From Selaginella moellendorffii (lineage: Eukaryota > Plantae > Lycopodiophyta): a stretch of DNA of 64,000 bases. Numbering within the stretch: the stretch's first letter is position 1; the number at the start of each line of letters is the position of its first letter. This document shows, in pieces, positions 27,913-41,000 of the stretch. Under the pieces are notes generated by a model. It saw only the letters and a program-made list of their open reading frames with translations. It ran no database searches and had not been told where the DNA came from. The position numbers and the translations under genes are program-made. The stretch is taken from positions 1,767,015-1,831,014 of the forward strand of contig NW_003314294.1 in NCBI RefSeq assembly GCF_000143415.4, in the 5' to 3' direction.

Positions 27913-30789
27913 ATTTCTGGATAGTCGGAGGTGGCTAGGCAAAAGGATCATCCTGTTGACTGATAGGGAAGAGTGTCATGGTCCAAGAACTGCAAGTGAC
28001 ACAAAGAAGGAAATGGATAAACGAATTTTGGGGGCAAAGATTGAAACAATCTCAAATTGTCCCATAGTATATATCAGCAAGATGTTCACAAAGGTAATGT
28101 GATGCCTTCATTCACCTGCTAACCAATGAGGGTTCTGAGAGAATTCACCAGGGAACCTTTTGAGGGAGCAGCACCGAAGCAGGTGCAGACTAATTGCTTT
28201 TGTGATGGTCCAGAAAGTAATTTCTTGAAGTACACCAGTTTACTGGTGGTGGTCAAGTCTACAGCTGCAGATAACCATGAACCGTAAGGCCTATCAAAAG
28301 ACTGAAAAGAAGTTTGTGAAGAAGTCATACGTTTAAAATGTGGCTACTGGACGTGAGCAAGGACAAAGGGAAGAAATGCATAATCCAGCACCCCCCTCTC
28401 TTATGTGGTTACCCCTTGCCATGCTCACTCCTCACTCCCTCCGTGAGCGGCACCCTAAATTTAATGACCAAATCTAAATTAGAACTTTAATTAGTAGATC
28501 TTGTTAATGGATACTATAATTTTATAATTAGCCACAGCTATAATTTCTAAGTACCTCATTGTGTTTTATATTTGTGCTCCTCCTTATATTTTCTTTCTAA
28601 TTTTATTCATTTGCTTTAGTATTATGGCTAGATTGGAATATGTAGATCTCTAAAAAATATGACACATTATTATGCTTTATTTTGAAACCATTAACTTTTT
28701 AAATAGAAACTTTAATTAAAGAAAACTAACAGAGACCCCAGCTCCACTGGAAAATATAGCATACCCAAGATAAATAAATCTTCTTTCCTAATTTTACAAT
28801 GTTTAGAAATTTTGATTGTATACAAGGTTAAATTTATCTAAATTTTGCTACTATTCATATCCAGAGAAATGCACAACAATGCAAGTGTTGGAGACAGTTT
28901 TTTTTATCATCTTTAAATTTGAATTTGATGTTTTATTGCCTTTATATAATAATAACATAAGTTAAGATAGCAAATAAATCATTGTATAAATATTGAGACA
29001 AACAATAAAACTCATGTAAAGCTGCTAGTAGATTACAGTAAGATTATGAGCAAGAAAGCCATAAAACGGTTTTTTATTTTTGAGATATTATTAAGAAATG
29101 GATTTGATATTTGTATGTGTATGAGATTGCTTATACCATATTAGATACCATGTCATCTATGAAACATGAATGCCTAATTTTATTATAAAGCATTAGTACA
29201 AATTTTTCTTAATACAAACATTATATCTCTAATATAATTATTATCTTTGAATGTACCTCTTTTCAACACCTCTAATGTAGTGTGAATATCTAGGTAGATT
29301 TAATTATGTATATTTTTAAATGTAAAACCAGATGCATAATAAAAATTCTATTATTCTTTAGTAAACTATGAAAGTTAGAGGCCATGATTACAGTTCAGAT
29401 AAAAAAATTTAGCTCAGTATGCAATCAAAATTATAATTTCTCCAAACTAACCTATTATTTTTTGGTAGTCTATAATTCTTCAGTTTTGTGAAAAGTTGAT
29501 TGCTTTTAAAGTATGGCGTTTATGTGTTTAGGGTTTTGTACCTTTCTATAAAGGCAATAAAAAATTCAAATTCAAATTTAATGATGATTAAAAAATTATC
29601 TTATCTTCCCCCAACACTTGCATTATTATCTAATTGCATTATTATGCATTTCTCTAGAGATGAATAGTAGCAAAACTTAATATTCTTTCATAATTTTAGT
29701 ACTCAAAACATGCTCAAGATAGTATTATTTCTTTTTCTGATCTGATTGAGAGAACTAATAGTAAATTAATTATTAAATTATATGCATTTAATATTCTATG
29801 TAGACATATTAAGCTATATCAGGATAATGCATGATATTAGAATAAATATTTTATTTTATTTTTTACTATTAAATATTTAAAAATAATTGAAAAATAATAT
29901 ACTAGAACTATATAAACCCTAAACTGATGGCTGGCATGCTCTCTTCCCACAGCTGCACCAAGTTGGCTTCCTTGTGTGAGCATATGTCACTCATCCATAT
30001 TTATATCTGTGTTGGGGACTGGTTCTTTTCGCTGTGTGCAGTGGCTTGTGGCCATCTTGCTCTTCATGTGGACCAACTTGGTGCATGGTATTGGTGATCC
30101 AGATGCACAAGTATGGGTACATCCTGGCATGCAAATCCAAATAAGAAAATGAGGCCCACCCTAAATAAAGGGGGTGCTATATTGTGCATTCTACCCGGAC
30201 AAAGTTCAAATGTACTATGGCCCAGTGATTCGAACCCCCTCGACAAAGAGGCAGATACTATGGAGTGTCGGCTGCATATTTTGACTTTCTTGGAGTCCTT
30301 TGCTGATGGTATCATGGAAGAGGATGCATGGAAAGGAAGAGAGAAGAGGCCATGAAGAACAGAAAGAAGTCCAAGAAGGAGAGGCAGTCTCAAATGGTGG
30401 TTATGGAGGATCCTGGGAGGCAGTGTGCTGCATGTCTCATACTTGGGGGCCCTTCTCACAGCTAAGCTCATGGTGCAGGCCAAGACCACAAAGAGAAGCT
30501 GTAGAGGAATAAGCTGATGCCATTTGAAAGCCTCTTCAAGTAGCAATGTGGAAGTGGAAGATGGTAAGTATTGACGAAGACAAAGAGACTGGTAGAGTAG
30601 AATCTTGTTTAAATTTTAACACTAACTTTCTTTCAACACAGTTGTTTAAATTCGAGCTCTTTCTTGCAAGCATATCTTCATGTGAGCAAACATTCCATGT
30701 TGGCCAACGTGTACATGACAAATCTGGAAGCAATTTTGTATCAAACTTAGGAATATTCTAGAAAATATTCTATGTTCACCATCTGCTGC

Positions 30790-31330
30790 TCTTCACAAGA
30801 ATGCTGGAGCAGGCATTGAGGGCTGACGAAAGTTCAAGTGTTTAGAACGAGCTGTGTTTCTTCATCCGACCGAAGAGAGTAAAAGCAAGTTCAGTCTGGT
30901 TGTAGCCAAGGATGATCGGATTCCATGACACCACGTCATCTAGATCATGGAGAACAAGCCGATCGAACAGATGCTGTGAATCTGGCATGCTTCCACAACT
31001 CGAGTAGCAATCTAGCAAGCTGTTGGCAACGAAGACATTGGATTCGAATCCTACAGCGGCGATAGAGCCATGGTTCTCTCAAGAGAAACCACTTTGACGA
31101 GCAGCAGATCAATCTTCGTCGCATCTCTCGCAGCCAAATCCTTGGTCACTTCCAGGGCAGCAACGTAGCTTCCAGCGTTGACCTCATAATCTTAATCCAT
31201 TCTCGAGAATATTTGGCACAGGATCTCGCCCTGGCCATTGCTTGCATAGCCGACGGCTGCAGTGCCGGATCTTGACGATCAATCCGCTGGAGAAATCGGG
31301 CGTGGATTTCTCAGCCGCGACGGAGATCCT
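30790..31330 (-). pseudogene. PLS-class pentatricopeptide repeat gene remnant
   Basis: Minus strand reads GFESNVFVANSLLDCYSSCGSMPDSQHLFDRL..DVVSWNPIILGY..AFTLFGRM, with stops and frameshifts. Confidence 0.7.
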
Positions 31331-31965
31331 TTGTGCGTCCACAAAATTTCAATGCAGCGACTATAGATGCGGATTCCTAGAGAATCGCTGCTCGTGCATT
31401 CTCCCCTTGAGGAGAAGAGATGAGGAGGCTCCAAGCTGCCAGGCTCGCCCGGCTCTCTGGTACGTCCAACATCATTCAATCTCTCTACTGTTGAGCACAT
31501 TTGTGACCGGTGATGGATTTGGAACACCGACAAGCACTCGATAAATTTTACCAGGAGAAATCCGGAGCAACACATCAAAGTGCACTCCAAGAGCTTGCTT
31601 CCAGTAGGACGTTTGAGATCATCCATGCTTAATAAGAGAGCTTTTGGTGATTTACCTCGGCAGCTAAGCTAGGAATATCGTTCCTGTCTGAAAGGGACTC
31701 GTAGCCATGACTAAACACAAGAACGAGAGAAGTTCATATGAGGAGAAGATGTACGATGGCGAGTTCGCCAGATGAAACTTGCAAGGCTACTTCACACATG
31801 GTCATTGTCTAAGCCAGCTAAAGTCAACCGACAGTGAGCAGTGGCAGTCACACAAACTTGCTTAGTTAAATATGGCTGAGTTCTTTATAATATCCAGCTG
31901 TGGAGCTCAGGGGCTCTACATTATTTATATCATTGTTGCACCCAGGATCCATAACTATACATGAT

Positions 31966-32355
31966 TTATGCGAGGACTTCCATGAAACGCTTAGCGGATT
32001 CACTGTTCCACACGGGAACATCCTTGCTCGAGTAGAGCACCATGTTACCATCATTCTCCAGCACTAGCTTGTAGCCTTCGTCAAGCGGAAAAGGTCCCCC
32101 AGGAGATTTGAACACGGGTTTTTCATTCTTATCCATGACGATAAACTCACCTACATTGTTGACGGTCATTGCTGCTCCTCTGTTTGAGTCCACAGCCCAG
32201 AAAGTATGGGCCGCATCAGGCTTTGCAGCTGAGTAGAGAAGGCATTTACCATCCTCTTGTATTGCGAGAAAGTATTGGCCACTCGGACAAGTGAGGGAAC
32301 CATGTGCATGGATGACCTGCTTGCAATATAGAACAGAATTATTGACTTGAGCCAT
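31966..32355 (-). CDS. Bulb-type (GNA-related, B-type) lectin, 129 aa, no signal peptide
   Basis: QEDGKCLLY and LENDGNMVLY..VPVW resemble the QxDxNxVxY repeat; ATG-to-stop single exon; TATATAAA about 60 nt upstream. Confidence 0.8.
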   Translation of the reverse strand: MAQVNNSVLYCKQVIHAHGSLTCPSGQYFLAIQEDGKCLLYSAAKPDAAHTFWAVDSNRGAAMTVNNVGEFIVMDKNEKPVFKSPGGPFPLDEGYKLVLENDGNMVLYSSKDVPVWNSESAKRFMEVLA

Positions 32356-32415
32356 TGGAACAAACAGAACGAAACTTGAAGCTCTAGATGGGTTCTCATG
32401 CTTCAGTGATCATGG

Positions 32416-32423
32416 CTTTATAT
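32416..32423 (-). promoter_or_regulatory. Putative TATA box of the lectin gene
   Basis: TATATAAA on the minus strand upstream of the ATG at 32355. Confidence 0.5.
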
Positions 32424-33411
32424 ACTAGTAGAAATCTTTCATCTCATCTGACAGTGTGTTTGTGGTCTCAGTGTTAGAAAGCTTGAGCTCAAGGACTATG
32501 TACATACTTTACTGAAAGGCAAGACCACATTGATAAGGCCCACAAAGAAGGACAAAATGGTTATCTGACACTGCTGAGTTGTCAACAATGTGCTTTGGAA
32601 GGCCTTAGGTTTGAGTGTCACTTTAGTGCAACGTTGCACACAAAGCTTTAATGTTGACTTGTGATCAACTAAAATGCAAGACCATGTGTTTTTCGTTCCA
32701 TAAGCCCCACGAAGGAGGACAAAATGGTTGGTCTGCGGTGTGTTTGTGGTGTCAGTATCAAAAAGCAGGACATTCTTGTATTTCCCACTCTCAACATTTG
32801 CTCCAGTTATTGGCTTGCTGTTACACAAGTATAATGAGCTGGAAAAGCCGACACCATTCCTTGAATATTCTCAGAACCTGCCATGTGGCAGATACTCAAA
32901 GGTCAAATCACCAGTCAGCTGCAACCATTTGGGGCGAGAGGGAGTTAATAAAGTAGAAAACTATGGAAGTTACACAAACAGCACGCTAATGAAGTGATCT
33001 TGCCAAGTAATGTCTTGCAGGGACTGCTCACTTCCAAAGACCCTCTGGCTCATGATCATAGAGCAGATTAAATTTAAGTTGCAAGAGAAGGTCTCTTTTC
33101 ATACAACTTGACCAGAATTCCTTCCAGGACAAGGCTATCTCCAAATGAAGTATCACGAACGAACTCACTGTGTTGTGGTTTCTTTCTTCTTCTTCTTTAT
33201 TTCAAAATCCAATTCGGAAATTATCAGGTCCGCATGATCTACTGGATCGAACATATCTTTTTGCTCTGTTCACAAAAGCTGAGTGTGTCTCTGACCATGA
33301 AAGTCTTTTGGAAGTCTTCAACTGGATTATCCATGCAAAACACGGTGTACTTCCCAGCTTCATGGAGTGTTTCAGCCCCTTCTCGTATACCGATTCCTCT
33401 GGGACAAGCAC

Positions 33412-33871
33412 TACCAGGACAAATCCGGAGCAACACATCAAAGTGCACTCCAAGAGCTTGCTTCCAGTAGGACGTTTGAGATCATCCATGCTTAATAAGA
33501 GAGCTTTTGGTGATTTACCTCGGCAGCTAAGCTAGGAATATTGTTCCTGTCTGAAAGGGACTCGTAGCCATGACTAAACACAAGAACGAGAGAAGTTCAT
33601 ATGAGGAGAAGATGTACGATGGCGAGTTCGCCAGATGAAACTTGCAAGGCTACTTCACACATGGTCATTGTCTAAGCCAGCTAAAGTCAACCGACAGTGA
33701 GCAGTGGCAGTCACACAAACTTGCTTAGTTAAATATGGCTGAGTTCTTTATAATATCCAGCTGTGGAGCTCAGGGGCTCTACATTATTTATATCATTGTC
33801 GCACCCAGGATCCATAACTATACATGATTTATGCGAGGACTTCCATGAAACGCTTAGCGGATTCACTGTTC
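33412..33871 (+). repeat. ~460-bp direct duplication of 31550-32007 (lectin 3' end and downstream region)
   Basis: Near-identical sequence by visual alignment. Confidence 0.85.
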
Positions 33872-33875
33872 ACAA

Positions 33876-34052
33876 TTACCAATTCCTCTGGGACAAGCAC
33901 CAGTCACAAGACTCCTTGCAAGTTTCATCTGGCGAAGTCGCCATCGTACATCTTCTCCTGATATTAACTTCTCTCATTCTTGTGTTTAGTCATGGCTACG
34001 AGTCCCTTTCAGACAGGGTTGTGACTGGTGCTTGTCCCAGAGGAATTGGTAA
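33876..34052. repeat. 34-bp perfect inverted repeat enclosing an inverted copy of nearby sequence
   Basis: Arms at 33876-33909 and 34019-34052; the insert is the reverse complement of ~33547-33649. Confidence 0.8.
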
Positions 34053-34289
34053 CGTGAGGATGAAGTATCTAACGTTTACTCCAAACGCCTGGCAACGTGA
34101 GGGTGAAGTATCTAATGTTTACTCCAAACGCCCATGTAACTGCTTTTGAAAACATCAGCACAACAAATCAAGAGCAGGCAGATGCTGTGAGAGTCCGTCT
34201 GGGAGCTGGGAGCAGCAGCAGAGTGGTATGGTCAGGCGAATGCAGTAGCAGCCTTTGTAGCCTGGGTGGACCTCAAAACAGCATTTCTC

Positions 34290-36470
34290 AATGCTTTCCA
34301 TCTATGGGATTCAAGCAGCATATCAGCGACGAGCTAAATTCAATTCAATTGTTACCTGGAGAGATATTGCAAAATTACATTCTTTGCTACAAGAGGCTGC
34401 TCGCGAGGAAAGATCCACAGCCTGCTCTGATGACGAAGTCCGCTGGTTCTTGAATGGGTTGCCATTTGAGATCGGGTTCCATGTGAAGGTGTAGAGACCG
34501 GTAGATTTGAACGCAGTAGTGGAGCACACAGCAACATGGGAACAGGCCCGGACGTCGTCACGGAATGTTGCAGCTGCAGCTCCAGCAGCAACATATGGTA
34601 ACTTGTTCTCACTGAATATTGCACAGTACCAGACTGGTGTGCTTGGAGCCATAGCAGCTCCACCTTTGATTCCGGTCCAGCTGTCAGTTCTCCAGTTACC
34701 TACAGTAAACACAACCGGATTTGAGAGCCAACTCACGAAAGTGAAAGAAGATGTGGTGGAGACACTTACCAAGAAGATAATGGAACTCCAAGTGAGTCTG
34801 GTTCAAGGTTTGGGAGCTCCAACTCGGCCGGTGCATGAGAGAGCTGAGATCTGGCACATTAAGTGTCAAGGATATGGCCACTATCCTAGTGAGTGTCCGA
34901 ATCTGGTTCCGGCGAAAGCTCCTTGTCCGTATTGTGGGAAGTTCAGCCACAAGCCTGAGAAGTGCTTTTTTCATCCAGCTCGTGTGACGCCCAAGTTCCA
35001 GTAGCAACCTGTAGTTGCAAGCTATTATGTTCAACCACAATTTTCACAGTAGCACGTTCAACAACAATTTCCACAGCAGTATGAGACGTACCCGGTTTTT
35101 AACGTAGGAGCTCCAGGGGCCGTGCAGAACTCGGGGCTGATGCTGCAGCAGACTGCCGGTGGAGGCCGAGGTGGCGGCCGGATGGGAATGTTCAGAGGCA
35201 GAGGTGGAGGCCGAGGCCGAGGTCCGATAGTGTGCTACCGGTGTGGCGAACCTGGACATATCGCGCCAAACTATCCGAATGCACAGAAGTCCGAAGAGTA
35301 TCAGCCAATCTGTGGGATATGCCAGACACAGGGGCTTCATCGGCAGGAGGATTGCCCCTACCACTTGCAAGTGCCAAATCAGCATCAGAATCAGGACAAG
35401 GGAAAAGTGGTGGACACTAAAGCCATTTTCGTGAATTATGAAGACCTGTGTGGAATGTCAACACACGAGAACAGTTGCAGCGGAGGGACCACGGGTTGTA
35501 CATCTGAGATGAGCCGAGAACAAGGGCTGAACAAGGAACTGAGCGGACGCATACTAGGGAGGATCCGGAGATGATAGCTCGCTGAAACAGGAAGGAGCAG
35601 CGCCACAAGGAAAAGGTGGGCATGGAAGGAGGCGGCATTCAGGATGCGCTGATAGTCGATGGCGGAGATCTTGCAAAGAATATCATGGGGACTATTCAGT
35701 GCCCTAATGAACGGACGCCAACCAGGTGAGTGGTGGAATGGGTTTGCAAGAGGTTATGAGGAAGGTGGGCATCTCGATGCCACAACGGCTGGCAGAGGTA
35801 TTCAAGGAACATTTTGGGGGCGAGCCGTTGAAGATGGACCAGCGGAGATCTCGCCGGTATAAGCAGGTGCTGAATCTAGAAACACAGCCCTACGATGTGC
35901 TCAAGGACTTGGAGAATCAGAAGCCGAGTATCACATTCACGCAATTACTGCAGCTGGCACCAAGTCTGAGGAAAGTGGTGGCCACAGCAGTCAAGGCCCA
36001 TTGAGAGGTTGTAGTGAACACAGCATGGCCGATGATCGAAGTAGAGAATCCGATTATAGATGCAGAGATTTCAGGTCAGCACTTGAAGGGGTGTGTGATT
36101 GACAGAGGTGCTGCCATCAACGTAATGCCTGAGTAGATGGTGTCAAAACTTGGGTTGGAGCAGCCCGTCTCCAGTTTATTTTCGTGTCCGCATGGCGAAC
36201 CATTCTTGCTCGAGACCGGTTGGTGTACTTACCGGAGTGAAGACAAAGATTGCTGGTTTTATCTTTTATGTGGATTACATGGTGCTGAGGATGGTTGGAC
36301 ACAAGCTGGATTATCCAATTCTTTTGGGAATACCGTGGCTGTTACAGGCCTGGGCAGGTTAGAGTTGGCCGAAGGGGACTATTACGATTGGAGATGGAAA
36401 CGAGTTGCACACTATCCAAGTTCGGACGAGGAAGAGGCTGGCCTGGACTCCAGTGGTGTGTGAGCCAATA
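34290..36470 (+). pseudogene. Degenerate gag-protease of a different LTR retrotransposon
   Basis: WFLNGLP; several zinc knuckles (CQGYGHYPSEC, CPYCGKFSH..C, CYRCGEPGHIA); YDVLKDL..ITFTQLLQLAP; protease-like VIDRGAAINVM; many stops. Confidence 0.7.
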
Positions 36471-36944
36471 GTGGATGGCATTGATGACAGCAGTGATACC
36501 ATCCCGGCTAACGCACCAAAAAATGTCAGGAAAAATACACGACAATAAAGAAAGACCGAAAAGACTCCCTTAGGGCTTGTATTTCAGCAGTAACTACAAA
36601 TCACTCATATTGAGTGTGTTGGGCCTGCAATAACTCCTCTATGATCATGTGTAGGTAATGGTACCACACTTGACCACAGGTTTTAGAATTTGCTGCTCCT
36701 CTCAAATTCTCAGCTCCTCGATCGCACGCCTTATCTGCATGTTGTTGGTGATGCAATCGGCGATGGGATCTCAACGGCCTATGGGAGGTCCCACCATCTT
36801 CGAGCAGAAAGAACTCAAGAACTAGAGAGAGAAAACAAGAACAAGAACTATATGTAAGGAACCAACTCGCCGAGGTGTCGTAGGCTAAGGGAACCCCGAA
36901 AGCATGACCAAAATGACAAAGAGTTTATCGGATGGGACCAAGTC

Positions 36945-37215
36945 AAAGATCGAGTCCAAGACCGACTCTAGGACCGAGTTCGAGATAGAGTCCGGAATCG
37001 AGTCCAAGACCGACTCGGGGACCGAGTTCGAGTCCGAGTTCGAGACCGAGTTCGAGACGGAGTCCGAGATCCGAAATCGGGTCCGAGACCGAGTCCGAAG
37101 TCGAGTCCGAGGTCGGGCCCGAGATCGGGTCCGAGATCAAGTCCGCGATCGAGTCCGAGACCGAATCTGAAGTCGGATCCGAAATCGGATCCGAGATCGA
37201 GCTAGAGACTAAGTC
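36945..37215 (+). repeat. CpG-rich hexamer-based tandem array in the LTR (CCGAGT/CGAGAT-like units)
   Basis: Present in every LTR copy; a 24-bp unit differs in copy number between the two LTRs of copy B. Confidence 0.85.
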
Positions 37216-37987
37216 CAAATACTAATACGGGTCAAGGGGTGAAAGCCCAAAGCGTGCGTCCCCCAGGGGGGGGGGGGGCTGCAGGGGGTTCCAAAAGTAT
37301 AGTAGGGATAGTGAGGTCCAGGAACCAGTTGGGCTTCCAAACCGACTTGAGGTTGGGACTGGGACTAAGGGGCCTTGGGTGGGAGTGAGTATGGACTTGG
37401 TTGGTGCCGGAGGGGCCATCCAAGGAAGTGCTCAAGAGCAGCTCCCACTCCCGAAAGGGAAACCGATTGCGGTGCTCCCGGCTCATGTGGAGTGGTGCCC
37501 CACTTAAGTACCATACGGCTCATTGGTCCTCGCCCTTCCTAGGGGCTTGGGCCTTCCTTCGGGATGGAAGTGGGGGGCGAGAGGTACCCATACCGGGCCG
37601 TTAGGCCACGGTGTTTCGCCCTGGCGTCCCGAAGCAAGTGTTGCACTCAAGACTTGGGATTTAGAGGGTCCCATGATCAAGTCTTGTGGTACCAAGGGAT
37701 GTTAGGAACCTGGAAGCTTGGTGTGCTTGGCTGCTTGTGCTTGCGGGGAGTGTAGCCGAACCTTAAGTCCAGTCTAACCCGGGGAGGGGGATTGGGAGTG
37801 ATTTGGGGAATCCGTGGAAGGATGGCTAACACTCCGTTGCTCATGCAGTGAGTAGCTGAAACCAAGTAGGAGCTGGTACCATAGGCGAGAACCTTAGCAA
37901 GGGAACTTAGCAAAAGCCAAGGCAGTGTTGGACGGATAGACAAGGTAAGCTGGCAAATTGGAAAGGAAAAATTTGTGGCTTACAATT

Positions 37988-38000
37988 TGGTATCGGAGCC
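37988..38000 (+). promoter_or_regulatory. Primer-binding site, tRNA-iMet type (TGGTATCGGAGCC)
   Basis: 3 nt after the 5' LTR; one mismatch to the canonical TGGTATCAGAGC. Confidence 0.85.
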
Positions 38001-38043
38001 TTTATCTCAGTTCTAGCGAAGGATAGAGGCGGATTGCTGGGAG

Positions 38044-41000
38044 ATGGCAAGGGCAGGGCGTAAGCGAACCCAGGCGGAGACGGAACCTCCGCCGGAGCTG
38101 GAGCCTCCGGTTGAACAAGAGGCTATGGATGAGGAATCCTTGCATGAGGAGGACTCCAGTGAGGAAACTTCCAAACAGGAGTCCGGTGGCGAGGTTCGGT
38201 CGTCCAAGGCTTGATTGGACGTGCTAGAAGGACAGTTGGCACAGACCAATGCCCTGCTGGAGACTCTCGTACGCAAGTTAAAGCGTGACGAGAAGCGGAA
38301 GAAAAAGCAAAAGACTGCGGATGCTGGCAGCGCAGAAGGTGAGGACCCTTCGGCAGGGACTGAGGCAAAACCAGACAAGGTCGAACAGACCGAAGTGGAA
38401 TCAGTCCCTCAGGCAGTTCCCAAGTACAAACCAAAGCCCCCACCGGTGTTCAAGGGAGTGAACGATTATAAGGTTGTGGAGGATTGGTTTTACGATATGG
38501 AGGACTACTTCCGAGCGTTGCAGTTACCGAGCTCGGAGAAGGTCCCATGTGCAAAACCATACTTGGCAGATAATGCCAAGTCTTGGTGGAGAACAACAGA
38601 GGCCAACGAAGGACCGGTGGCCACCTGGGACATGATGAAGGCGAGGATCCGCGCGACATACGTTCCTCCGAATGCCACTCTGCATCTGAGAGATGAGTTG
38701 AGTAGGCTGAAGCAGACTGGAACCATCCAAGAATATGTGAATGGGTTCATGGCAAAGAGGATACTTGTCACGGACATGGGGGATATGGATGCGTTCCATG
38801 CCTTTATATCGAGTTTGCAAACCTGGGCTCGCGGTGAGGTGATGCGCTGGAACCCGACCAACTACAAGGAAGCGTTGGATGCGGCCATCAAGGTGCATTT
38901 CAACGATAGCCTGCGAAAGGGGAACACGATGGGGTCGGGATCCACGTTTCACAAAGGGGCCAAACCGAGGGGAACATATAGCAAGGGGAAATTCAAGAAG
39001 AGTTTCTCTAAGAATGAGTCCTCGGGGTTCCGGAAAGGCAAAGCCGGTGGCCAGCGAGCGAGTACGTGGGGAAGTCAAGCGAAAAAAGACAAACCCACGG
39101 ATAAGAAGGTCAAGTCGTATAGCAGCGTGGGCAACAACGTATGCTACAACTGCGGCGAAGCGGGACACTTCTCGAGGGAATGTCCCTACCCGAAGAAGGC
39201 CAGAGCCAATATGGCCATCAAGTCGGGTGAAGTCCAAACTGAGGTATGTGATCCAGTCCCTAACTCAAAGTTACTCATTACACGAGCAACTTTGGTAGAG
39301 AGTCGTTCGCGACATCTACTAGCCCTCCGAGGGAAGCTCGGAGGTAGCTTTGTTAAGATCCTTATTGACACGGGTGCTTCGGATAATTTTGTGGCTGCAG
39401 ACATAGTCCGGCAAGCCGGACTAACGGTGCAGCGGCTAGGCGAACCAAGGACTATAGAGTTTGTTCAGGGTAGCCAAAGCACCGATGAGATACTTCGACA
39501 AGCGAGAGTCGAAGTGGGGACATGGAAAGTGGACATGGATTTCACCGTCTTGGACATGGCGGGATTTGATGTGATCTTCGGAATGGATTGGTTTAATCGG
39601 TTCGTGGTAGCCCTGCATGGACAAGGTAGGAACCTTGTGGTATTGGCGAATGCCCAAGGAAGAAGATCTAGGGTGGAGGCCCAGGATCTAAAGGTAGGGC
39701 AAAGCAAGGCCAAAGAGTCATGCTTAAACCTGGTGTCCACGAGAGGACAACTCACTAAAAGAACTAAGGCAGCCTTTTTGTGCTTACTCTCGGTGAAGAG
39801 TGACAAAAAGACAAGAACGGAAAAAGTACCTTTAGTGATCTAGCAGGTGCTGGACCAATTCCAAGATACCATGCCAGAGGAGCTACCGGCGGGGTTGCCC
39901 CCCGCACGACCGATAGAACATAAGATTGAGCTGGTCGAGGGTGCTGAGGCGGTGGTTCGTCCACCCTATCGATTGAACGAAAAAGAACTCAAGGAGCTCA
40001 AGAGCCAACTAGAGGAGTTGGTGGACAAAGGGTATGTTAGGTTGAGCAAGTCGCCGTATGGGGCGCCGGTGCTATTTGTGAAAAAGAAAGATGGATCTAT
40101 GCGCATGTGCATAGACTACCGGTTGCTCAACAAGTATACCAAGAAGAACAAGTACCCTTTGCCAAGGATCGAGGACCTGTTCGATAGGTTGGGAAAGGCA
40201 AAATACTTCTCGAGGATTGACCTAAGGTCAGGATACTACCAGATCAGGGTAGCTGAGGAAGATGTCGAGAAGACAACTTGTCGAACGAGGTATGGGAGCT
40301 TTGAGTTTTTGGTGATGCCCTTTGGGCTGTGCAATGCGCCGGCAACGTTTTCGGCGTTGATGAACCACATCTTTGTACCCTATCTGGATCGCTTCGTGGT
40401 CGTCTATATTGACGACATCCTGATTTATAGCGAGACGCTAGAGGAGCATGCCGAACATTTGGCGAAGGTGTTTGAGAAACTAAGGGAACACAAACTGTAT
40501 GCTAAAGAGAGCAAATGTGACTTTGCTCAACAAGAGGTAAAGTTTCTCGGGCATGTGGTGGGCCAGGACGGGCTCAAGGTGGACCCAGAGAAGGTCCAAG
40601 CGATCCAGGAATGGGAACGACCATCGAACGTACATGAGTTGAGGGCGTTCCTGGGGCTATGCAACTACTATCGAAAGTTTATCAGACACTATTCGAGAGT
40701 AGCCCTGCCCTTAACGGACCAAACAGGAAAAGGGAAGATGGTATGGACAGCGGAATGCGAGGCGGCATTCGTCCACCTCAAAGGGAAGTTGAGGAAGGCT
40801 CCGGTGTTGGCATTACCAGACTTTGGTAAGGACTTTGAGGTAGACACGGATGCTTCGGACTTTGCGTTGGGCGCAGTTTTGAAGCAAGACAACCATCCAG
40901 TAGCGTTCTTCTCAAAGAAGCTGGACAAGGCTCAACGGAAGTGGCCTGCCCACGAGAAGGAATTGTTTGCGGTGGTCAAGGCGCTCAAGGAGTGGCGACA

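Noticed and set aside
36904-37218. Repetitive ORFs (ESKTDS/RVRDRVR/SDSVSD) in every LTR
   Set aside because: By-products of a hexamer tandem array that is open in most frames.
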